Source: Skermanella aerolata KACC 11604 (GTDB taxonomy: Bacteria; Pseudomonadota; Alphaproteobacteria; Azospirillales; Azospirillaceae). From it: 32,000 nt of DNA. Location: positions 1 to 32,000 of the forward strand of contig NZ_AVFK01000047.1 in NCBI RefSeq assembly GCF_000936425.1, read 5' to 3'. The notes under the pieces are model-generated. The model did not search any database, was not told where the DNA came from, and saw only the letters and a list, made by a program, of their open reading frames with translations. The stretch's first letter is position 1. Each line of letters starts with the position of its first letter. The position numbers were made by a program, and so were the translations under genes. This document shows, piece by piece, positions 9,626-16,656 of this stretch.

Positions 9626-11314
9626 ATGCCGGTGGCGCGGGATATCGTCTACGGCGCCGACGCGCGCCACCGGCTGATGGCCGGGATCGACCGGCTGGCC
9701 GATACGGTCGCGGTGACTCTCGGCCCTCGGGGCCGCAACGTCCTGATCGAGCACCGGACATCCGGTTTTGCTCCCCTTGCGACGCGTGACGGAGCGACAG
9801 TGGTGCGCTCCCTGACGCTGGGCGACAAGGTCGGGAACATCGGCGTCGCCTTGATCCGGCAGGTGGTCAACACGGTTTCCCGCGAGGTCGGCGACGGCAC
9901 CTCGACAACGGTCCTGCTGACCCGCTGCCTGGCGCGGGCCGCCGGCAAGGGGATGGCGGCGGGCATGAGCCCGCGCGACATCCGGGCCGGCATGGACATG
10001 GCCGGCCGCGCCGTCACTTCCGATCTGACGCGGCAGGCAAGGGACTGCGCCGGCCATAAGGCCCTGGCGCATATCGCGGCACTGGCTGCCCACGACGAGG
10101 CCGCAATCGGCGCGCTGATTTCCAAGGCGATCGAGACGGCTGGAACCGACGGTACGATCGTCATCGAGCTGGGTGCCGGGCTGACGGACGAGATCGAGCG
10201 GGTCGAGGGCATGCGATAGGAGCACGGCTATCTGTCGCCCTACTTCGTCACCGACCGGCACCGCAAGCTGGCCGAGCTTGACGATCCCTATATCCTGATC
10301 TACGACCGCCCGGTCGAAGTCTTCGACGAGCTGATACCGGTGCTGGAGTTGGTCCGCGCCAGCAACCGGTCGCTGCTGATCGTCGCCGAGAATGTCGTCG
10401 AGGCGGCGCTGCCCGGCATCCTGATCAACCATATCAGGCGGAACCTGTGCGCTGTTGCGGTCCGGGGACCGGGCCAGGGCGACAGCCGGCTCAACCGGCT
10501 GGAGGATCTGGCCGTGCTGACCGGAGGTCGAGCGATCCTGAGCTCCCAAGGGGATACCCTGACGGGTGTGACGCTGGACGATCTCGGCCAGGCCCGCAAG
10601 GCGGTGATCGGTGAGGACGATACGACCATCATCGGCGCGGCGGGCGCCGAACCGGCAATCCGGGAACGGCAGTCGGGCATCCGGTTCGAACTGGAGGCGA
10701 TCCGCAACGCCGACGGCGCCGCCGGGTCGCCCAAGGCGCGGTTCGACGATATCGAAAAGCTGGAAGAACGCCTGCGCAACCTGTCCGGCACATTGACCGT
10801 GGTGAAGATCGGCGGCATCAGCGACGTCGTGATAAAAGAGCGCCTGCAACACGCGGAAAACGCCCGCAACGCCGCCGCTGCCGCCGGAGCGGAGGGAATG
10901 CTACCGGGGGGCGGCGTCGGCCTGCTGCGCTGCGGCAGGGCGCTGACAGGCCTTAGGGGGGACAACCACGCACAGGACTACGGCATCGACATTGTCCGCA
11001 AAGCTTTGGAAGAACCCCTGACCCGCATCAGCATGAATGCCGGGTTCGAGCCTGCCGAAGTCCTGTTCAGGGTGCGCAACGCCAACAGCGAATCCTGGGG
11101 CCTCGACGCCAGGACCGGCGTCTACGGGGACCTGTTCGATCTGGGAGTCGTCGATCCGGCAAAAGTGACCAGACTGGCCTTCCAGAACGCTGTCGGAACG
11201 GCAGGAATGCTGATGACCGCCGAATGCGTGGTGACGGAGCGGCCCCTCCAGGACCCGTCGTTCGGCTATACACCGGAATGGGCGGCGCGGACCCGCGAAG
11301 ATCCGCGCCTGTAG
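9626..11314 (+). pseudogene. mmoG: GroEL-like chaperonin MmoG interrupted by one in-frame TAG (10217-10219)
   Basis: Track ORFs 9401-10219 and 10340-11314 are in the same frame. The ATG at 9626 follows AAGGGGG. Reading through gives ...ERVEGMR*EHGYLSPYFVTD..., colinear with GroEL EGMQFDRGYLSPYF. There are no other stops, and the total of 563 codons is normal for MmoG. Confidence 0.85.
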
Positions 11315-11332
11315 CCGCCGGCAGTAAATGCA

Positions 11333-11446
11333 TCAATCCTTGAGGACCCAGCGCACGAACAGATAGACGGCACTGGCGGCAATCAGTGCAGCGACGATGC
11401 CCAGCGGTGATTTCATCATGTCCACCAGTTCAAGGATCGCTCCCAT
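11333..11446 (-). CDS. Possible 37-aa single-helix membrane peptide
   Basis: Not in the track (under 60 aa). GGAGAGACGAA precedes the ATG. Translation is MGAILELVDMMKSPLGIVAALIAASAVYLFVRWVLKD. It lies 67 nt downstream of the 5-TM ORF on the same strand. Confidence 0.3.
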   Translation of the reverse strand: MGAILELVDMMKSPLGIVAALIAASAVYLFVRWVLKD

Positions 11447-11513
11447 TTCGTCTCTCCCTTTCTGTGGTCCGCCGTAAATCGGCGGGCCGGTTGATGGAAC
11501 CGTGCCGCCGCCC

Positions 11514-12110
11514 TCATGCGAGCACGACGTAGGTCTCTCTCAAAGCGGCTGCGAGCAGCAGCAGGTAGGCGACGGCAAGGCCGAAGGCGTGGTAAGGCCG
11601 TCCCGACAAGGCATGGCGATACAGATTGGCGTAGATGAGCATGTGCCACAGCACCAAAGGAAACAGCAGGAACTGTGCCAGCTCCGTGATGGGAAAAGGC
11701 GGCGGCAGCACCGTCACGAGGAGAAGCCGCAGCCCGAAGCCGGTCAGGGTGACGACGCTGCCGGCCGCCGCCAGCGCCGTCAGGGTCTGCGGTACGCGCC
11801 ACCCGTAACCACCGATCATCAGCGCCCCTGCCGTGAAAGCCACGAGCAGGAGGATGGTGACGATCGCCGCTGCGACCGCGGTCTCCATCGTTTGTTCGAG
11901 CAATACCAGGATGAACTCGCTCAAACCATAAGCCGCGAGGCTCAGCCCCAGGAGTGCCGGAGAGGATGGCAGCGCCTGCGGTCCCTGGTTCATCCGGCAG
12001 ATACCGATAAGCACCCGCGGCACAGTGATGGAAGAAGCAGGCACGGTAACAAACACCTTATCATCAGGGATGCTCAGCCTTGATAGAAAATGACATGAAT
12101 CTTGAAGCAA
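11514..12110 (-). CDS. Hypothetical multi-pass (about 5 TM) membrane protein, Yip1-like topology
   Basis: 198-aa ORF with GC-rich codon usage and a series of hydrophobic helices. The true start may be the internal M at 11993. No family was recognised with confidence. Confidence 0.45.
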   Translation of the reverse strand: MLQDSCHFLSRLSIPDDKVFVTVPASSITVPRVLIGICRMNQGPQALPSSPALLGLSLAAYGLSEFILVLLEQTMETAVAAAIVTILLLVAFTAGALMIGGYGWRVPQTLTALAAAGSVVTLTGFGLRLLLVTVLPPPFPITELAQFLLFPLVLWHMLIYANLYRHALSGRPYHAFGLAVAYLLLLAAALRETYVVLA

Positions 12111-12243
12111 GTCGAGTGCTTATAGCATTCACTAACTGTATAAACTTCCGACATGCTAAATAAATAGTGTTTCTGCATGAGGATAAGGATGCCGATTTCT
12201 GATAGTATGTTCATTTAATGTACAATTTTGTTTTCAGAAGATA

Positions 12244-12268
12244 CACCTGTTTAGAACTTTGACAGGTG
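12244..12268. promoter_or_regulatory. Inverted repeat CACCTGT-N11-ACAGGTG upstream of pmoC
   Basis: Perfect 7-bp arms, read directly. It lies about 75 bp upstream of the sigma-54-like element. The arm ACACCTGT is the reverse complement of the ACAGGTGT core of the mmoX palindrome. Confidence 0.35.
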
Positions 12269-12340
12269 CCATCTCATGGTGACCCAGGGTTTTGAAGCAG
12301 ATGATAAACATTTCCAGGAAAAAAGGGTCGTCGCAACAAC

Positions 12341-12356
12341 AGGCATGCATATTGCT
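12341..12356 (+). promoter_or_regulatory. Sigma-54-like -24/-12 element AGGCAT-GCATA-TTGCT upstream of pmoC
   Basis: GG at 12342-12343 and GC at 12354-12355 have exact consensus spacing, and the -12 TTGCT is perfect. It lies about 190 nt upstream of the pmoC ATG. Confidence 0.45.
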
Positions 12357-12544
12357 TAATTGTCCCTGCGTAAGTCGGACACTCCTAAAAGCGGCCAAGG
12401 ACGATCATCGAGCGCCGACGGCCTCGAATGACTGCAAGCCGCTTGAAACGGCCGACCAGACGACGATCGACCGCATATCTTCACCCGGGAGCGAAGCGGC
12501 GCTCCATCATCCGAAGGTGACAATAAAATGCACGGAGGTCACAG

Positions 12545-13459
12545 ATGAGCAACAGTATCACTGACCGCATCATCGACACGGTCGGGAACGCCGCAACCGG
12601 CGTTTTCGGGGCCAGGAGCCGTACTGAGGCCGGGGAGGCGAAGCAGGAACGCGACACCGCACTCAGTGAAGACCTGTTCAAGGCCAAGACGGTCTATATA
12701 GGCCTGGGGGTGATGTTCGCCTTCTATTTCTTCATCCGCATCTATGAACAGATCTTCGGCTGGTCGGCCGGTCTCGATGCATTCAGCGACGAATTCCAAA
12801 CCTATTGGATGACGATGCTTTGGATCGAGCTTCCGCTAGAGGGTCTGGCCTTCTTCGGCCTGATGGGCTACCTGTGGAAGACCCGCGACCGGGAGGTCAA
12901 CAAGGTCGAACCGCGCGAGGAACTGCGCCGGCACATGACCCTGCTGACATGGCTGGTCATGTACGCTTCGGCCCTGTACTGGGGCGCCAGCTTCTTCACG
13001 GAGCAGGACGGCACGTGGCACCAGACCGTGGTACGCGACACCGACTTCACGCCCAGCCACATCATCGAGTTCTACCTGAGCTATCCGATCTACATCATCA
13101 TGGGCTGCGGCGCCTTCATGTATGCCAAGACCCGGATTCCGATGTTCGCCAACGGCTACTCGGTGGCGTTCCTGATCCTGTTCATCGGACCGTTCATGAT
13201 CTTCCCCAATGTCGGCCTGAACGAGTGGGGCCATACCTTCTGGTTCATGGAAGAACTGTTCGTGGCCCCCCTGCACTGGGGCTTCGTGTTCTTCGGCTGG
13301 ATGGCGCTCGCGGTCTTCGGCGTCACCCTCCAGATCCTCGACCGCGTCCGGGAACTGGCCGTCGGCTACGTTCAGGACTGCACCTTCGACGAGACCGCGG
13401 CCGTGGCTGCCACCGGTCAGACGATCGAAGGCGCAGCGGTGCCGAAGGCGGCCGAATAA
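12545..13459 (+). CDS. pmoC: Particulate methane monooxygenase subunit C
   Basis: 304 aa with a GGAGG RBS. Conserved metal-site residues are present: EQDGTWHQ...TPSHIIEFY and NEWGHTFWF...PLHWGF. It carries a C-terminal extension of about 40 aa relative to typical PmoC of about 255-260 aa. Confidence 0.95.
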   Translation: MSNSITDRIIDTVGNAATGVFGARSRTEAGEAKQERDTALSEDLFKAKTVYIGLGVMFAFYFFIRIYEQIFGWSAGLDAFSDEFQTYWMTMLWIELPLEGLAFFGLMGYLWKTRDREVNKVEPREELRRHMTLLTWLVMYASALYWGASFFTEQDGTWHQTVVRDTDFTPSHIIEFYLSYPIYIIMGCGAFMYAKTRIPMFANGYSVAFLILFIGPFMIFPNVGLNEWGHTFWFMEELFVAPLHWGFVFFGWMALAVFGVTLQILDRVRELAVGYVQDCTFDETAAVAATGQTIEGAAVPKAAE

Positions 13460-13481
13460 TCGTCATCGATCGATCTCGACA

Positions 13482-13505
13482 GTAGCCCGCTTCAGGGCGG
13501 GCTAC
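13482..13505 (+). promoter_or_regulatory. Perfect 9-bp stem / 6-nt loop hairpin (GTAGCCCGC ttcagg GCGGGCTAC) in the pmoC-pmoA spacer
   Basis: Read directly. No U-tract follows, so it is more likely an mRNA processing or stability element than an intrinsic terminator. Confidence 0.5.
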
Positions 13506-13631
13506 CTCCTCCATCGGCAACAACGAAGGCAAAGAGGGCATCTTCGACCCCGGCGACCGGCGCTCTTGGCGGAAGCCTCGGAAAAACGAAAACCAATCAA
13601 AGGGCAGGAAACATCGAAGGAGAGCAATACA

Positions 13632-14447
13632 ATGTCAACGCAAGACCCGACTGCTTCGGATACCTTTCAGACCGCCTATGGCGGGACGACGGTCGAAACC
13701 GGACCCAAGGTCACCGGGCCGGCGCTCAAGTCCAAGGGCGAAGCCCTGGCGCTGGGCCGCACCATCGACTGGCTGCTGCTGTTCATCCTGTTCTTCGTCT
13801 GCCTCGCGTCGTTCCACATCCATGCGATGCTGACGATGGGCGACTGGGACTTCTGGGTCGACTGGAAGGACCGCCGCTATTTCCCGACCGTTCTGCCGAT
13901 CGTCCTGATCGCTTTCGCTGCCGCCGGACAAGCGTTCTTCTGGGAGAAGTTCCGGCTGCCGTTCGGGGCGACGTTCATGGTCGTCGGCCTGATCTTCGGT
14001 GAGTGGATCAACCGGTACTTCAATTTCTGGCTTTGGACCTATTTCCCGATCAACATGGTCTGGCCGACAATCCTGATCCCCAGCGCCCTGTTCCTCGACA
14101 TCGTGCTGCTCATCACCCGGAGCTACCTGATCACCGCGATCGTCGGGGCGATGGGCTGGGCGCTGCTGCTGTACCCCTCCAACTGGCCGGTCCTGGCGCA
14201 GTTCCACGTCCCACTCGAGAAGGACGGCCTGATCATGACGCTCGCTGACCTGATCGGCTTCGAATATGTCCGTACCGGCACGCCGGAATACATCCGCATG
14301 GTCGAACGCGGCACCATGAGGACCTTCGGCAAGGACGTCGTGCCGGTTTCAGCGTTCTTCGCGGGCTTCATTTCGATGATCGTGTACTTCGTCTGGGCAT
14401 TCGTCGGCCGCTGGTTCTCCACGACGCGCTTCATCGGCCGCATCTAG
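13632..14447 (+). CDS. pmoA: Particulate methane monooxygenase subunit A
   Basis: Internal ATG of track ORF 13566-14447, with GAAGGAG upstream; 271 aa. The core GDWDFWVDWKDRR...GEWINRYFNFW.WTYFPIN...TGTPEYIRMVE.GT.RTFGKDV.PVSAFF is classic PmoA. The N-terminus is about 20 aa longer than usual. Confidence 0.95.
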   Translation: MSTQDPTASDTFQTAYGGTTVETGPKVTGPALKSKGEALALGRTIDWLLLFILFFVCLASFHIHAMLTMGDWDFWVDWKDRRYFPTVLPIVLIAFAAAGQAFFWEKFRLPFGATFMVVGLIFGEWINRYFNFWLWTYFPINMVWPTILIPSALFLDIVLLITRSYLITAIVGAMGWALLLYPSNWPVLAQFHVPLEKDGLIMTLADLIGFEYVRTGTPEYIRMVERGTMRTFGKDVVPVSAFFAGFISMIVYFVWAFVGRWFSTTRFIGRI

Positions 14448-14548
14448 CGGCCCTTGGATGAACGGCTGCCGGTGCTGACACACCGACAGCCGCCCAGTGG
14501 ATCCAACGGTACGGATAGGCATGCACCATAAACGTCGGAGGAAAAGTT

Positions 14549-15832
14549 ATGAGGGGTTGGCAGAAGTTCAAGTCCATCGCGCGCAAAATCATGACACGCC
14601 GTGTCTTTGGACTGGCGATGGGAGCCGCGGTGGGACTGACGGCGAACGTGATGACGACGGCGCCGGCGGAGGCCCACGGCGAGAAGTCGCAGATGGCGTT
14701 CCTTCGGATGCGCACCGTCCAGTGGTACGATCTGAAGTGGTCGAAGACCGACGTCAACGTCAACGATGTCGTCGAGATATCCGGCAAGTTCAATGTCTTC
14801 TCCAATTGGCCGCAGGCCGTGATGAACCCGGACGTCTCGTTCCTGAACGTCGGCGAACCCGGTCCGGTATTCGTCCGCGAGGCCGCCTATATCAACGGTC
14901 AGCCGGTTCCCCGGTCGTTCTCTCTGACGCCCGGCGAGCGGTACGATTTCAAGATCCTGCTGCGGGCGCGGCGGGCCGGCGACTGGCACGTCCATACCCT
15001 GATGAACGTCGAGGGCGGCGGCCCCATCATCGGGCCGGGCGAGTGGCTCAAGATCAAAGGATCGATGGCCGACTTCATCAACCCCGAGACCACGCTGGAC
15101 GGGCGCAAGGTCGATATCGAGACCATGGGCATCGGCACGATCTACGGCTGGCACTTCCTCTGGTTCGTCGCCGGCGTGGCCTGGATCGGCTACTGGTTCT
15201 CACGCGGCGGCTTCGTCGGGCGGTACTTCGGCGTGGTCGCGGGCAAGGGCGACACGATGATCTCGCCCAAGGACGAGAAGATCGCCTTCGCGTCGCTGGC
15301 GGCGACGCTGGTCGTGGTCCTGGTCGGGTACAGCATGGGAGAATCCGGCAGCCCGCGCACGCTGCCGCTCCAGGCGGGCCTCCTGAACATCCCGGCGTCC
15401 GATCCGGCTCTCTACCCGAAGGACGTTTCCATCAAGTACGAGCGGGCGACCTACAAGGTCCCCGGCCGAGAACTCGACGTCACCTTGCAGATCACGAACA
15501 ACGGCACCTCGCCGCTGCGGATCGGCGAGTTCGCGACGGCGGGTGTCCGTTTCCTCAATCCCGATGTCATGAAGGAGCCGGTGAACTATCCGGACTACCT
15601 GCTGGCGCCCCAGGGCCTGTCGCTGTCCGACGCACAGCCGATCCAGCCGGGCACCACCAAGACCCTGGTCATCAAGGCGCAGGACGCGGCCTGGGACGTC
15701 GAGCGGCTTTCCGACCTCTACTACGACACGGACAGCAGCATCGGCGGCCTTCTGTTCCTGTTCGACGAACAGGGCAACCGCCACGTGCTCGAGATCGGCG
15801 GCCCTGCCGTTCCCGATTTCCAGACGACCTGA
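14549..15832 (+). CDS. pmoB: Particulate methane monooxygenase subunit B
   Basis: 427 aa with a GGAGGA RBS. The signal peptide ends AEA/HGEKSQ (canonical N-terminal His). The WHVH motif (GDWHVHTLMNV) is present. Confidence 0.95.
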   Translation: MRGWQKFKSIARKIMTRRVFGLAMGAAVGLTANVMTTAPAEAHGEKSQMAFLRMRTVQWYDLKWSKTDVNVNDVVEISGKFNVFSNWPQAVMNPDVSFLNVGEPGPVFVREAAYINGQPVPRSFSLTPGERYDFKILLRARRAGDWHVHTLMNVEGGGPIIGPGEWLKIKGSMADFINPETTLDGRKVDIETMGIGTIYGWHFLWFVAGVAWIGYWFSRGGFVGRYFGVVAGKGDTMISPKDEKIAFASLAATLVVVLVGYSMGESGSPRTLPLQAGLLNIPASDPALYPKDVSIKYERATYKVPGRELDVTLQITNNGTSPLRIGEFATAGVRFLNPDVMKEPVNYPDYLLAPQGLSLSDAQPIQPGTTKTLVIKAQDAAWDVERLSDLYYDTDSSIGGLLFLFDEQGNRHVLEIGGPAVPDFQTT

Positions 15833-15869
15833 ACCGGCACTGCTCGAACGTCCGCACTTGATGGGAAAT

Positions 15870-15906
15870 GCCGTCCTGGATCGCTGAAACGGCGGCTCAG
15901 GACGGC
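15870..15906 (+). terminator. Stem-loop after pmoB (GCCGTCCTG-N19-CAGGACGGC) followed by GATTTCTTC
   Basis: Perfect 9-bp arms, read directly, with a weak T-run. It may be a partial terminator or attenuator between pmoCAB and the downstream copper genes. Confidence 0.45.
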
Positions 15907-15984
15907 GATTTCTTCACCGCGGGGATGCCGCGCACCGGCTTCGATGCCCGCGCGTCTTCACCGCCCAGCCTTCGGTCAAGGATC

Positions 15985-16650
15985 ATGCATGTGCCCGTGA
16001 AAAAAACTCTCAGCCGGGCGATCGGCGCCGCTGCGCTTGTCCTGACCCTGCTGCATGCCCCGGATATCCAGGCTCACGGAGGGCTCAGCGTCGAAGAGGA
16101 TACCTGCGTCCTTCGCCTGGGACCGTACAAGATGCACTTCGTCGGCTACCAGCCCGACAGCACCAAGCAGGAATTTTGCGAAGACATACCTGAAACCGGC
16201 CACACCATCATCGTTCTCGACTACTTCGATCCGGCTTTGCGCAGAATGACGGCCGAAGTCAGGATCATCAAGGACGTCGGCGCACCCGAAACCGGCGACT
16301 TGACGCCGATCACGGTATTCCATCTGCCGCCGGCGCTTCATCCGACCGGCACCTTCAATTTCCAGTACAATTTCCCGCAGCCGGAAAAGTTCATCGGGCT
16401 GATAACGATCCGGGATGGCCAACGGGAATACGTGTCCCGTTTCCCGTTCTCGGTCGGCATGCCGACTTCAAACTGGAGCCTTACCCGCTATGCCGCGATC
16501 TTCGCGGGGCTGGTCATGGCGCTGCTGCTTTACTTCTGGTACCGCCGGCAACATCACACCGTCAAGGTCGCCAGCCCTGCGGGCGCTTCGCCGGACGACG
16601 GATGGGTGCGCGATATTCCGCCGCCGGACCCCAGGCGTGGGCCGCTTTAG
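15985..16650 (+). CDS. Exported, C-terminally membrane-anchored protein with predicted mature N-terminal His; occupies the pmoD position
   Basis: Internal ATG of track ORF 15868-16650, with AAGGA upstream. The signal peptide ends IQA/HGGLSVEEDTCVLRLGPYKMHF. A domain of about 150 aa contains 2 Cys and several His/Met. A TM helix (YAAIFAGLVMALLLYFWY) lies near the C-terminus. This architecture matches PmoD/AmoD-type proteins; homology is not verified. Confidence 0.6.
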   Translation: MHVPVKKTLSRAIGAAALVLTLLHAPDIQAHGGLSVEEDTCVLRLGPYKMHFVGYQPDSTKQEFCEDIPETGHTIIVLDYFDPALRRMTAEVRIIKDVGAPETGDLTPITVFHLPPALHPTGTFNFQYNFPQPEKFIGLITIRDGQREYVSRFPFSVGMPTSNWSLTRYAAIFAGLVMALLLYFWYRRQHHTVKVASPAGASPDDGWVRDIPPPDPRRGPL

Positions 16651-16656
16651 GCGAAA

